Source of the DNA: Salpingoeca rosetta
Taxonomy: Eukaryota > Protista > Choanoflagellata
Reading direction: 5' to 3'
Assembly (NCBI GenBank): GCA_033442325.1
Contig: JAWQFM010000003.1
Coordinates: 823,119-887,118 of the forward strand
Length of the DNA: 64,000 nucleotides
The position numbers and the translations under genes were made by a program. Within the stretch, counting starts at the first letter, position 1; each line of letters starts with the position of its first letter. Below the pieces are notes generated by a model, which saw nothing but the letters and a program-made list of their open reading frames with translations, ran no database searches and was not told where the DNA came from. This document shows positions 1 to 13,664 of the stretch, piece by piece.

Positions 1-1357
1 ACCTCCATTGGGCGCGAGAGGTCCTCGTTGGGCACATACAGGACGGTGTTGTGGTCAGACTTGCTGGCCACGTCTGTGAGCGAGGACATGAAGCGGTTCA
101 TGCCTGCGGCAAACTCGTTGCGTACGCTGTCGGGCCACTGCTTGGCGGCGTGTGACATGAGCGGGGAGAAGAGGTCGTTCATCAGGCGCACGAGGCTGTC
201 CAGGTAGTCCTGCTGCAGCACGCCCGTGTGCACAATGTCGTCAAACTGCGAGTCTGGGTAGATGAGCTCGGGCTTGGCGCGAACAAAGTAGATGAGGCGG
301 CCAACCGGATATGCGGGTGGCGAGTGGCTGACAACCAGCATGCCCTCGGACTGGTACACGGTCAGCAGGACGGAGGAGCGCCGTGTGAAGAAGTTGAAGA
401 TGGCCTGGAACGACATGTCGTTGTTCCACTCACTCTCCGTCGTGCCCTCGAGGTGTACCCGCGACTTGATTTCGTTCACCTACGAGAAATAAAGCGGGGA
501 GCAGAAGAGTTAGAAGTACAGCACAGGGACAGACGGATAGCAGGCGAGTGCTTGGGGCAGAGTCTTTGTGTGTGTGTGATGTGTATGTGTGTGTCTGTGT
601 GTGTGTGTGTGCGTGTGCGATGTGTATGTGTGTGTGCGATGTGTATGTGAATGTCTGTGTGTGTGCGATGTGCATATGTGCACATGTGTGTGTGTGTGTG
701 TGTGTGTTGCACACGACATGGTGGAGAATACATGAAACCCCGCCTCCCTTCCACAGAGTCTCAGGCCGCGCACACACGTGAATGAAAGAGTCATTTCATG
801 GATATGTGCGTGCACAGGAGCCAGCGCTTCAAGTACATGAGCGGGCATGAATGCACTTTCCCACTGCAGTCACAACGTACCATAAAGTCACGAAGGTTTG
901 CTGGCTTTGGCGGTGGAGCAGGGATGGGATCAGGGTCTGGCTGGGGATCGACCAGGACCTCAATCTCCTCACCGTCCGATTCCTCCTCGTCAGCAAGTTC
1001 CTCTTCATCGTCTTCATACTCCTCATATTCCTCGTCCTCATTTCCTCCTCTGTCACCGACCGCAGAAGACGCACGTGTGTTGATGGCAGAGGCCTTTCTG
1101 GTACCGGCCTTGCTTTGTACAGCCGATGCCCGTTTGGAGGCCTTGATACTGCTGCTCTTGGACATGGCATTTGCGGTGCCTCCGTCAGCACGTGCGGCAG
1201 GCGCCTTGTCTTTGCTTTCCTGGGACTGCGGCTCCTGTTGTGCTTGCTCCTGCTGTGCTTGTTGGTTGTCTGTCGTGTCTGGCGGTGGTGTTGCGGAGGC
1301 GTTCGCTTCAGCTTGGGCCGAGGGCTCCTGTGCTGTTGCTGTTGTGTTCTCGCTCAT
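1..1357 (-). CDS. DNAH2: Axonemal dynein heavy chain, DNAH2 / inner-arm I1-beta-like; 5' part only, continues past position 1
   Basis: Exon 1 1357-881 (MSENTT...acidic...KPANLRDFM). GT-AG intron 880-480. Exon 2 479-<1 reads VNEIKSRVHLEG...LIYFVR...LDSLVRLMNDLFSPLM...QWPDSVRNEFAAGMNRFMSSLTDVASKSDHNTVLYVPNE. This matches the DHC N-terminal signature of DNAH2 as I recall it (WPESIRN.F...LHKFL..LTD......GHTVLYIP). Confidence 0.85.
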
Positions 1358-1832
1358 TGTTGTTCCAGGTGAGTGTGTTGTTTTGTTGGTGGTTGATGCC
1401 GCAATGTCAATGTGGTGGTAAGGTAACAACGCAGGTTGAACCCCCGCCTCAAGAGCGGATAATTGTGAGGAAAGGGGAAGGCCTGGCGCACTCCTTCACT
1501 TGCTTGCTTGCTTCCTTCCCGCCACAACCTATCTCGTTGCTTGATGGCGGCTGCGGCTGCGCTGTGGCTGTGCTGTGGCCGTGCTGTGGCTGTCGCTCCC
1601 AGCAGCCAGTGCTCGACGACGTTTGTGCGTTGTGTGTGCGTTGAGAGCCAAACCAACCGCCGATGAGTTGCAGTTGGTCGCTAAGCGAAATGTTGCTGAA
1701 GTTATCTACCAACAATCACAGCCTGCATCCACAGCAACAACTACGACGCTGAGGACTGTTGTGACGGGCGAGCTGACGCACAACCTCTCGTCTCGCTTCC
1801 TTGTGGCGCTTGTACTGGGCTTGTGCTTGGCT

Positions 1833-1916
1833 TGTTGTGGTTGTTGTGGTTGTTGTGGTTGTTGTGGTTGTTGTGGTTGTTGTGGTTGTTGTGGTTGTTG
1901 TGGTTGTTGTGGTTGT
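1833..1916 (+). repeat. 9-bp tandem repeat (TGTTGTGGT)n, about 9 copies, just upstream of the C1orf87-like ATG
   Basis: Directly visible; produces the poly-T/QQP/CCG ORF artefacts. Confidence 0.9.
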
Positions 1917-1932
1917 TTGAGCAGCGATCGCC

Positions 1933-4424
1933 ATGGCAGACGCACCATTTGGACACGACGGCCAAGCTTCCATTCGCACCGTGCTTCGCGGTGGTGAGTG
2001 TGTGTTTGTGCGTGCATGTATGTGTGGTGTGCTTGTGCTTGTGCGTGTGAGTGTGCATGTGTGTGTATGTTGCGTGTATGTGGATACTGCTTCTTTGTGT
2101 TGTTTGTGTGCCATGACTTGTTTGCTGGTGGCAAGAAGACCTGTGCCTTGCTTGACCTTCAACACTACCTGGGTATACATTGTAAGGCAAGCTCATCGAG
2201 CTGCGCGGGAATGGGCCTGCGTCGTCATCGTCTCAACAGCGTCATCAAACACCGTCCACAGTGCGTATTTTCTGCACAGAGAGAGACATTTGCGTGTCTG
2301 TGTGTTGTGTGTGAATGTGTGTGTGTGTGTGAATGTGTGTGTGAATGTGTGTGTGTGTGTGTGTGGATTGTGCGTTTGAGGTAGAGAGCTGTATTCGTTT
2401 GGATGCATATGTGTGTGGCTGTGTGTTGTGTGTGTATGTCTAGGCTGTACTTGTGCGTGTGTGGATTGTGCCTGTGTGTGGATTGTGTGTGTGTGTGCAC
2501 AAGTATATGAAGCAGCACCCAAGCGATAGAGCTTTCTCCCCTCATTACCTCCACCGCCACCACCGCCACCACCGCCACACTGTTTGCTGCTCTTGCGCGC
2601 CTGGACCAGGCCTCCTCAAGAGGGAGACCGTCCTCTGGATCGCAGGGGCGGCGCTCATCTGGGCCGGCCATCAATGTGCCAGAGAGTCTCCTGCAAGACA
2701 TGAGAGAAAACCCAAGAGCACTGGCCCTGTAAGCATACGCTGCCATACCCCCGATCAACACACACACACTCTCTCTTCACAGGCTCCTTCTCACATCCGT
2801 TGTTCATCCTGTTACTCAGTCACACAATCACAGTCGGTCACACTCACACACGCACACACACACACACACACACGCACTCACGTAATCACACAGCCACTGA
2901 GCTGAGTCAGTGAGTCATACAGGTTCACACACACACGCACACACACACGCACACACACACGCACACACGCACACACAAACGCACACACGCACACACACTT
3001 GCTTCCTCACCTCCAGCTTGTGACCCACACTCATGAACGTACGCTCGCGCATACAGGTTTGAATCTCTGCTGCAGAACTCGCAGCGCGACCTTCACGGCA
3101 ATCTCTTGCACGAGGCCGTCATCAAGTGCCTGCGAAAAGCGCAGCTCGTGCTCAACCTTCCCCTCTTTCGGCAGTGGCTCGAGTGCGTACCGCTGTGTCT
3201 GCGTGCCACCATGGTGAATGCTCACATAAGAAGGAGCTGCGCCCAAAGCGGGTTGGGGGAGGGGGAGGGTGTGTGCCGTAATGGGTCGTGAAGATGGGAG
3301 CAAGTACCTGGTTGGTGGATGGGGTCTGTCTTTAGTTGGCATGATGACGAGTGTTTCCTCCTCTTTTCGCCTCGGGCGTTGTTAAAGCCCAACTTTGAAG
3401 GTGCAACTCACGTTTCTGTTGTCACTGCCACTGCCACTGCTGCTGCTGCTGCTGCTGCTCTCTCTCTCTCTGTGTTGTATTCAGGTCACTCGACACACGC
3501 CGCAACGGAACAATATCACTGACGTGAGTTGTTGCGGTTCATGTTTGCGTATGCACGTTCATGCACGGCGAACAGTGTTGCTCATCACTTCCCTGTGGCA
3601 TGTGCGTCTGCGTTATTCAGTGCGCTGCAAGGTGCGATCGACGCTGCGAAGCGGGACGAGGCACCCCGGCCACGGGACGCGCTGCGAACACCACTGCATC
3701 ATCATATAGCGACATCGCACGTGGCCTCAACGGCGGCCATACCCGCAACGTCTGCTGTGTACACCCCATTCCTTCAGTCCTCAAATGCAACACACCACCA
3801 CCACCACCACCAGAACCACAACCATCACCATCATCAGCACAATCTTCAGCAGCAGCACCAACACGATCAAGGGCGCCCATCTCCACTGCGCAAGATGCTG
3901 TCGCGAACAGGCGTCGTCTCCGCTGCCCCCAACAACAGCAGCAGCAGCAACAACAACAGCAACGCTGTGCTTACTGCGGCTCTCGTTCGCGCTCCACAAG
4001 CAGGTTTGTCGTCGTTGTTGTCGTCAACTCACGTTGTGTGCATGTGTGTGTGCGTGTTGTGGGTTTGTGTGTTTTTGCAGTTGTGTTGCGCGTGTGTTTG
4101 TTTTTGGCTCTGAATCTGGTGTGGTTTGGAAAATGTCTATTTGTTGTCGACTCACGACCAAGCCTGCGCCTGCCATGGCCATATGGGTTCGCAGGAGGCG
4201 TCGGAGTGTTTTCCAAGTACGACAAATTGCCACCCATCTCCTCGACACCAGCTACGGTGAATGTCGACACGCGCTCATCCGACACTACCGCTGCAGCCCC
4301 ATCTCCGACCCTTGCTCGACCATCTGAGCAGCAGCAAGCCCACCACCAGCCCGAGTACCATCGACGAGAAGAGCATCAGCATCATTCACAAACGCAATTG
4401 CAATTGCAGCCGCAACAGCAACAT

Positions 4425-4460
<36 letters not shown>

Positions 4461-4868
4461 AACCACAGTTATCGCCAACAAGAGCAGCATCAGCCATCGT
4501 TCCAAGCCAGACCGCGGTCCCCTCCTGTGTCACAGCAGCATCCCCAGAGGCTGGTGCGGAGCGCAACTGACTTGAGCGAGTGGATGCATGGCTTTGATGC
4601 CATGAACCGAGCTATGCTGGCACAGCAAGATGACAAGGGCCACATTGCATCGGCGGAGGCAGCCCGCATCATCTCAAACTTTGACCTCATTTACAGACTC
4701 CACCTGCCAAAGCGAACGGTGGTGGACCTCATTCAGCAACTGGAGACGCAGGATTTCTCGCTGCATGTGCAGGACTACTGCCGCGCCTTACTTGGGTCCT
4801 TACAGCAACAAACCTCCAAGCAGCAACACCAGCAACACCAGCAAGCGCCACCGCAGCGCTATGCATAA
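1933..4868 (+). CDS. C1orf87-like EF-hand-fold protein (multi-exon)
   Basis: Exons about 1933-1993 (MADAPFGHDGQASIRTVLRG|gtgagt), 2187-2260, ~2512-2728 (junction uncertain), 3057-3182, 3485-3523, 3621-4002, 4195-4868. Splicing gives the EF-hand-like segment LPLFRQWLESLDTRRNGTISLTALQGAI. The C-terminus EWMHGFDAMNRAML...DDKGHIASAEAARIISNFDLIYRLHLPKRTV resembles the C1orf87 C-terminus as recalled (W..RF..LE.AL......G.L....A.RLI.NYNLIY.L.L). Confidence 0.7.
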
Positions 4869-4973
4869 CATGGCACCATGGAGGTATGCACTGTTTTGTA
4901 CATACTCTACTACTTCCTGACCCGGTTGTTTCCATGTCAGTTGTACATTCAGCGCACGCCTGTCGTAGCTGCC

Positions 4974-5059
<86 letters not shown>

Positions 5060-5061
5060 TG

Positions 5062-5130
5062 GTTGCCAGCCGCTTCGCCTGCTTGACAACGAATGTGATA
5101 ATTAATTGAAGATATGGCAAATTTACCGTA
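5062..5130. promoter_or_regulatory. Putative promoter with two inverted GTTGYCA (RFX X-box half-site-like) motifs followed by an AT-rich patch
   Basis: GTTGCCA at 5062-5068 and TGACAAC at 5084-5090, followed by GTGATAATTAATTGAAGATAT, about 300 bp upstream of the ATG at 5419. Confidence 0.3.
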
Positions 5131-5418
5131 CCGGCCAACACCACCAGCGCTCGCTTGCCGCTCGAATTCGCAACAATCCACACCAAACAACCACAACACA
5201 CAACGCAGCATCTCACACACGAGCACAACAAACAAACCACAACACGCACGAACACACGAGCACAACACACATCACAACGCAACCAAGTATCCCACACCAA
5301 GCTTGTTGGCTTGGGTTGGTTTTGGTCGAGCATCGCACCGAGCATTGCACCATCGTGAGAGGCTCACCACACAGCTCGCCCACCGCCTCGCCCGCTTGGC
5401 ACCACCACGGACGGGCTG

Positions 5419-6579
5419 ATGGACGATCTGCCCGTGTTCTTTGACCAGCTGTGTGGTGTGGACCCGGGCCATCGCATCGCTGCGCATTGCCACGCACAGG
5501 GAGGTGCAGCCAAGCGCAAGTTCTCGCAAGGGCTCAGGACCCTGCGGCTTGCCCTCTCCATCGGCAAGGCATTTCGAGCAAAGCCAAACAACAAGGACAC
5601 CGCCGCCTCCCCAGCAGAGCGCGCGCAGCAGATCCACCAGAAGCGGCGTGCCAGCTACGAGGTCTGGTCCTTCATCGACGCCGAGCTCGCCCTTGCTGGT
5701 GCCGGCACCAGTGACAACGGTAGCGAGTCGTTTCTACCACCGCTCTCTGTGATTCGCAGTTTCGCTGCACCCCCGGGGGTCAACGAGCAGCTTGCACCAG
5801 CCTACCTCTCTGCACTCACTGGGGAGGACGCATTTGCCGCCGAGACAGAGGCACGCCGCGACAACACCCAGCTTGCCACCTTCAACCTCTCCGACACTGA
5901 GAAGCTTCCACCGGACCAGCGCCCGTTTCTGCTCACCCTCAACGATCGCCACATCCTGATCATCCAGGGGCAGCCCAATAGCGCATACGACTGCATCACC
6001 TGCTTCTGCGAGAAGGTTGGCACCAGCCCAGCTCTCTTCGCCCTCGAACTTCCAGAGCACACGCCAGCACCCTGCGCAGCCTGCGCCTACATCTGCCACC
6101 TCTATACAAACTACGAGCGCCTACCAACCGACCAGCACCTGCCCACCAAGGCGTACCGCAAGCGCGTCTCGCGTCGCCACGCCAAGGCCAACCACGCCGG
6201 TGACGACAACGACGACAGCGATTTCGAAGACGCAGACAACGCAGCTGCTGCTGACGGAGACCAGCGCCGGCCGCACACGCAACGCCCCCGCTCCAGAGCA
6301 TCGCCATCGCCGTCGCCATCGGCGTCGTCTCTCGCCGCCAACACAAGCAGCCCCAGTACCAGCAACAAGAAGTCGCGTGGAAGCGTAGCCTCAATCGCCC
6401 TTCCCGACACACCGCACGCAAGGCGCCGCTCTCGGCGGCTACAGGCGGTTCTTCAGGACCAGGCAGCCCAGCGCGGATCACCGCCACCAACACGCGGAAG
6501 GGACGACAAACAGCGTGCTCCTCGCATCTCCCTGTCGGTTGCAGCGCAACAGCAACAGCGCACAGCCCAACCCCAACCC

Positions 6580-6615
<36 letters not shown>

Positions 6616-9600
6616 TTTGGAGCACAGAAGGCGTTCGTGCCCCAGGTGCAAGTTGATAGCCAGCCGGGCTCAGCCACCGCCAGTCGAAGGGGGTCTCAGG
6701 CCAACCAGCCCAGGCGCCGACGCTCCACTCGCACACAAGGCCAACAGCAGCAGCAGGAAGCAGAGGCGGAGGAAGGTGAGGAGAAGCGTGGGCGGCATCG
6801 ACGTAGCGATTCTGGAGCAGCCGCAGCAGCTGCATCAACTGCGCATCCATCTGAGACTTTAATATCTGGCGACACCCAAGGCCACACCCCTACCACCACA
6901 TCGTCGACAACAGCCTCGCCTCGTCTCTCACGCAAGCAAGCAGGTGCGCATTGTGTACGTGCGTGTGTACGTACATATGTGTGTGTACGTACGTGTGCGT
7001 GTGTGTACATGTGTTTGTGTGGCGTGCGCGTGTGCGTGTATGCGTCTACATATTTATTCCCTGCGTATCACGTCGTATTCCATCGCTTGCCTGGCTTGTG
7101 CAAGCCAGGAGTCTTGTGTGTCTGCTCAGCTTCATCTGCTGCTGCTTGCGTATTGTCGCTACCATCTCAACATGGCAGGGCATCCACTCACTGCGCCCAT
7201 TGTTGCGTGGGCGGATCGAAAAACACGTGCCGAGCTCTTTCACAACACAGAGTACAGCCCAGATATGCAGACTCGAAGGTGTGCATGTAACATCAGTGAT
7301 GGCATGAGTGCCTCGCCAGCCGTTCAAATGCTTGCATTGTTATTTGCCATCAATTTGTCATGTTTGTTGCTCCTGCTCTTTGAACTCTGCCTCTTCCTCG
7401 AAACGCCACGACATCACACGACACCACGACACCACACAGCACCACACATCACCACACCACACCGCTCACTGGCCACCACCACAACTGTCCCCTGTGATGT
7501 GCCTCACACACGCACACACACACACAGTGCCAGCGATATTGTGCTTCAGCAGCACTACACGCACCCAACATCTGGCCTGCCGCCAGCCGTGCGCATTTCC
7601 AAACAGCCGCAACAGCAGCAGCGTCAACAACAACAACAACAGCAGCAGCAGCAGCAGCACCATCGCCAGCGATCACCATCGCCGAGTCCGCACAAAACAC
7701 AGCGGCGTGGCTCTGCGCGCTTGTCGGGTTCGCAGGGCCAGCGTCGGCGCGTGTCGCGTGTGCAGCAGCAGGACGCCTCCCGCGCAGCCAGCCCGCGCCG
7801 TAGCATGGCCCGCCCTGGTGATGGCGCGGACGGCGGCTCTTTGCTGCAGACAGATGCGCAGGCCGAGCAGCAGCGCAGTGGCAACTCGCTCACCATCGAA
7901 GACGCATTTGCCCTGCAGCCGCAGCTGTTGCACCACCACCACACGCAGCAGCCGGCACCCACCCACTTCCAGCGCAAGGCTGTGTTGCGCTTCTCCTACA
8001 AGGAGGAAATGGCAATGAACAGGGGTTGGGTTGTTGGTGACCTCAACGCATTCAACCCGCAGCGGCAAACCATGCAGGAGTGGGCAGCAGGCCTGGCCCA
8101 GGTGCGCCTGTGCCGTTCGCGCATGGGTGCAAACTACTTTGATGCGCCAGATGCCCCCGCTGACCACCAGGACGTCGAAACCCTGGGCAGCACTCGCAGA
8201 CAGCAGCAACAGCAACAACAACAACGGCGGCGTCGTCGTGGACGCGCCGGCAGCAGCGGCAGCGGTGGTGGCAGTAGCAGCAACGGTGGAACCGGCACAG
8301 GCATCAGCGCGAGCATCGATGGCAAGGACGTCACCACGTCCAATGGTGGCACGGCTTACCTTCCACCACTCCGGCGAGCGCCTGTTTCGCCGCGCACCGC
8401 GCCTCAAGCAACATTGAACACGAAAGCTGACGAGGACAGCAGCGCCAGCACTGCAGACACGGACACGGCGCTCAGTACCGCCATCAGCCCGAGCCGGCCG
8501 TCCACACGTGCGCGGCAGAAGCGCGATGGCCTCCCGCGCTCGCGTGTGTGTGCGGAGGAGCGCTATCGCAGCGGGCGGTTGTTTGTGGCACTCAATGACG
8601 GCACAGGCACTGCTTACTACCCATCCGGCCGCCTTGCCATCTGCACCAGCCTGTGCGCGCATGGCACATACCTGTGGGCGTTTGACGACGCTGAGAGTGG
8701 GCAGTTGCTAGCGTCGTTGTCGCCGCTCGGCGGGGGCACGTGCTACAAGGCCGGACTCACCACCCCGTACGTGAGCACATCCGTTGACGGCGGTTGTCTG
8801 TTTGACGAAGAAGGCAGGCTGGTGAAGGAATGGAAGTGGGGCCATGCCATGACACATATCCGGCAGCTCAATCCGCACCTGACGCTGCGCATCAACTCAA
8901 AGCATGACATTAGCCTCACCCTCCGCTGCCCAGACGGCGATACCTCCACATTGCACACGCAGCAGCGGGAGGGCAGAGGCAACCGCCAGCAGCGGCTCAC
9001 GCCGGCTGGGCTGCTCCCCGTCTCCGCGACAGACACGTCATCGACGACAGGCGCTGTGCCCACGGGCACCGAGGCAGACGCCGCTGGCCCCGGCTCCAAA
9101 CGCGGTGGCACAGGCAGCAACGGAACCAGTGGCCCCTTCCACGGCGGCACCGCTACTGCGGGGACAGCAACAACGCCAACCATCACAACCACAGCCGACA
9201 CAACCGCCGTCGACGCAAACGCTGCTCCCACCTCAGCAGGCCGAAGCAAGGGGAAGAAGCCACCTCGTGGTGGCAGCGGCCGTGGTGTCCGGGGCGGGTC
9301 GGCGGCGTCGGGGAAGGGCGTCGGGCGCAGCGGCTCAAGCCGCGCCGCATCCGCCAATCAGCGGAAGCGCGGTGCCGCAAATGGGGCGACAGGTGCTGCA
9401 GACAGTGCAGGCGACGGCAGCAGTGCCGCCCAGCGCAGTGGACGAGCATCGACAGCAACAGGTGGCGAGGTACCTACAAACGCAAGCAGTGCTGCACTAA
9501 CTGTCGAGTCAGCACTCAATGCTCACGCGTCGTCCGCGTCGCGAGAGGCGCGCAGTGACGTGGAGAGTGATGGCGACAGCCACGATGGCGATGGCGCGCG

Positions 9601-10653
9601 CACGTCGAGCGGGGGTAGCAGCGAGCAGCATGTCAGCGCGGTTGAATTGCGCATTCAGTCCCTGCTGGCAAACCTTCGTCAGGCAGCCGTCTCCCCAGGA
9701 AACGGGCAGGGGCGGGACGGCGAGGGTGCGTCGTCGTTGGCGTCCACAACCTCCTCCAAATCGCCTGCGTCGCGTTCAAAGAAAATCAGTCGCAGTAGCG
9801 ATGGAAGTAGCGCGTCGCAGGTGCTGAGTCGCATGGCCGCATCCCGTCTGCGCGTTGGGCGCGTTGGGCCCTCGCTTGGTGCCATCCCCGAACTGCAGAA
9901 GAACGAGCTGTCGCCTGACGTCACGGTTGCCCCGGCGGAGATGAGGGGCAAGCCTGCAAAAGTGAAGTCGCTCACAGTCAATGTTGGCTGCAGTCTGCCC
10001 AAAGTGTTTGCTGCGCGCACTGCACCCACCGTCAGTTCCGCAGCTCTCCAAGGTTCGCATTGCTCGTTTGTGTGTGTGTGCATGCATGTGAGTGCATGTG
10101 TGTGCATGCATGTGTGTGCATGTGTGTGCGGATGATTGAAATACAATGTGTTATGTGCATGTTGCGTGTGATTCCCACCTATGCCGCCTGATCTGTGCAC
10201 GTGCGTGTGTGTTGGGGCGGGAGACAGTGGCGTGGCATGTACTCTCATCGCTTCGCTGTAACACCATCACCTGTCGCGCTTTGCAGGTCTTCGAACGAAA
10301 GCGGATGTGTTGCTGGCATACTTGAGCACGTGCGTCAATCACATCAAGTCTGCACAAGACAGAGGGGAGAAAGTGTCGCGGCAAACCATCGTCTCAGCCG
10401 TTGCGGTCAGTGTGTACACGCGTGTGTGTGCTTTGTGTTTGCGTTTGGAAAACATCATGTCTGTGTTCTACCCACGCACGGATGCGTGTGTGTGCATGTG
10501 TGCCCGCATGCATGTACACACCAAGTGTATATGCGGTGGAAGAGATGTTCCTTGCCTGGTTTTCCTGTACGCGTGCATGTGTGTGTTCTTCGGCTATCAT
10601 GTGGCATTGAACACACAATGAGGTTGACTAGTGTTGAGCTGACCTACTCGCAA

Positions 10654-10725
<72 letters not shown>

Positions 10726-10828
10726 CGCGACGTACCACAGGGTTTATCCTAACCTGACAGCGCCGTGGAGCGCAGAACCCACCCTCATGACTTTACGGAG
10801 CCAGCGGCTTGTACCGTACCTACCGTCA

Positions 10829-10902
<74 letters not shown>

Positions 10903-12346
10903 CGCATGACGGGTGAGATGCGAGACACGACGAGTCTGGTCCATGCCATGGATCCAACAGAGGTGCGCATTGCTGCACTTCCACGCACTCTGTCCTCCAC
11001 TGTGGTGGATATGTACAGCACAACTGGTCGCCCCTCTGGCCCACGGCGCTCGAAATCAACCGCTTCTTCCCTGCACTCTTCCACAAATACACGTACGACC
11101 CTCGCACCTGTGTTTGTTTGTTTGTTGTGTGTGTTTGTTTGTGTTTGTCCAAATGGCTGCCGTGTGCTTCAGCACATTGCGCGCGTCATTGCATGTGGCA
11201 AGCACGTGCGAAGCAACAACTGAAATCGTGTTTGTGCTTGCGTTTGTCTCGTTCCATCTGCGGGCACTTGCTTGACGAATTGTGTGTGCATGCCTTGATG
11301 CTGATTGCTCTCCTCTGCCATTTGACGACTACAGCACCACTGGAGCTTCGGCGAAAGCTCAACAAGTCCCGCACGGCGTCATCGTCACGCTCCTCCTTTG
11401 ATCCGCAGCTCCTGAAGCGCTCGAGCTCGGTGTCTGGTGCACCTCTCTCCTCCGCTGTCGCGTGTCCAACGGCGATGGCTGTGCGCACACGCGGAAGCAC
11501 CAGCGGCGCCATTTCCGCCTCTTCCGGGTGCGCACGCCATTGCATTCAAGTCTTGGCCCGCTTGTTGTGTATTCTTTACGTGTTTGTGTGTGTGTGTGTG
11601 TTTGTGTTTTGTGTGTTTAGTGTTTGTGTGTGTGTGTTTGTGTTTTGTGTGTTTTTTGTTTGCGTGTGTTTGTGTTTGTGTGTGTTTGTGCTTGTGTTTG
11701 TTCTTGTGCTTGTGCTTGTGTGCGTGTGTGTCACACGCCCCAATAATTGATTGCTTGCTCTCTTGCTTTGTGTTCGCTTATTGCACCGACCTTGTTTTCG
11801 CAGTGTGTGCAACTGCAGCAAGTCTTCAGTCCCCGACATTCCCGATGCCGTGTTTGATCAGTACCTAGCAAAGGTGGGGTGCTGCACGCGCTTGGCAAGC
11901 TTGCGAGTGCCTGCATTTGCGTGCATGAGGTGGCGATTGAGAGGATATCTGTCGCTCTCTGTGAACTGTTTGGCGTTTGGCCTTTGGCCTTTGGCGCATG
12001 GCGTTTCGGGTTGGACACACTGATACGACGCTGAACACATGTGCGCGTGTGCGAATATGTAGGTTCCCAGGACGGACGTTGTGGTTGTTGGGGTTGTTGG
12101 CCCCAACGGTGATTCTTCAGCGCGCCTTGCCTCTGTGCTGAATCAGCTCTACAGGTTGGTATTTCTGAAAGCCTGGGTTGGATGCGTGCTGACGTCAACT
12201 AGCCCCACGTGCTGCATGTTGTACGACGCATACGTACAGTATTTTGCTCCTCACACAGCCCACTTTCACGCAACTCGTGATTCCATGACACACATGCACA
12301 CATGCGCACCTGCTCCTTCCCTCTCTTACTGTCCCTCTCGCACACG

Positions 12347-12379
<33 letters not shown>

Positions 12380-12928
12380 GCACACACACACACACACACG
12401 CACACACGCACACACACACGCACACACACACGCACACACACACACACACACACGCACGCACGCACGCACGCAGACGAAGCGTCGGGCTCAACCGCTTTCC
12501 GTGCCAGTTCACCAAGACTGGAGTGTCGCGTTTCTTCAAATACGTCCTGTCAGGGTGCGTTCCACTACACATGGTGTAGGCATCCGGTCTGCCTTTCCAC
12601 GGCTTGTCGTTTACCCCCACTAATTTCGCTGTGCAAGGCATCATACTCTTTTGTCTCATATCTTCGCCCAACCACTTCCGCGTTGCGTTGACAGGAAGAA
12701 GCAGCGTTTGCTTCAGCGCCGTCACGCTGTTACGCCAGGTCTTCTCCTCATCTACGTCGGCGGCAGGCTTGGTGCGTGCGTTCTCGTGTGCGCAGTTGTG
12801 CGCGGTTGGGGGTTGGTTCCGGGGTGGGGGGGGGGGTTGTGTGCATGGGCGCGGTTTTGTTTTGTTATCGAGAAGTGCCGATCTTTGCACTCCCAATTCA
12901 TGAACATGTTTTCTCAACAACAACGACG

Positions 12929-12988
<60 letters not shown>

Positions 12989-13205
12989 CACACACACACA
13001 CTCACACTCACTCACACACTCACTCACACACTCACACACACACACACACACTCTCTCTCTCTTCAATGGAACAGTGTTTCTCAACCGAGTTATTTCTGGG
13101 CGGCCTGTCACGGATACGAGGTTGCTGGAGCAGATCCAAGTGTCGCGCTCACACGCCTCCAAGAACCAGTTCCTGCCCAAAAACTTCAACGCGCGTTCTA
13201 TTTAA
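5419..13205 (+). CDS. C3orf20-like FAM194-domain protein (large, multi-exon, long low-complexity regions)
   Basis: Exons about 5419-6943, 7179-7278, 7528-10052, several small exons 10287-12770, last exon 13074-13205. FAM194 motif: [16 protein letters not shown]...[14 protein letters not shown]...GGGTCY...[25 protein letters not shown]...[20 protein letters not shown]. The C-terminus [30 protein letters not shown]...[22 protein letters not shown] parallels C3orf20. Confidence 0.75.
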
Positions 13206-13580
13206 TCTGCACCTGCTGATCCCATGCATTCGTCACACGTGCGTGTATGTGCTCTTCAAGGGAGCACCATCGTGCTCTCTCATCCTTGGCCTGGCCCCCA
13301 ATTCCCCTGTGTATGCTTCTTGCTTTTCCTGCTGTTTCCCTTGCTCGGAAAGTTGTCTTGCCAATCGGCTGCTATTTATCTGTTGCTCAATGACACTGCC
13401 TGTTTACTTTTAACATCACATCAAATCGCGTGTCACATCATGTCACATCGTAAAGCGTCATTGCACGTCTTGACAGCAACCACAAATATCAGCCAACATG
13501 TTACATGTGGGTGGGTGAATTCAACAAGCTACCTAAACCCCGTCATCACGACTGATGAAGCAAAAACGACAGCACCAGCA

Positions 13581-13622
<42 letters not shown>

Positions 13623-13664
13623 CAAATCCCAAAGGGAGGCACATCCACTTCGCTGTTCTCAGTG

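Noticed and set aside
791-880. RING-CH-like motif (CDCSGKVHSCPLMYLKRW) at the end of ORF 791..1429
   Set aside because: It lies downstream of the GT donor at 880, so it is intronic read-through. The spliced product continues as dynein heavy chain.
3031-3342. Minus-strand ORF MPTKDRPHPP...
   Set aside because: Antisense shadow of exons of the plus-strand C1orf87-like gene, which has coherent splice sites and recognisable motifs.
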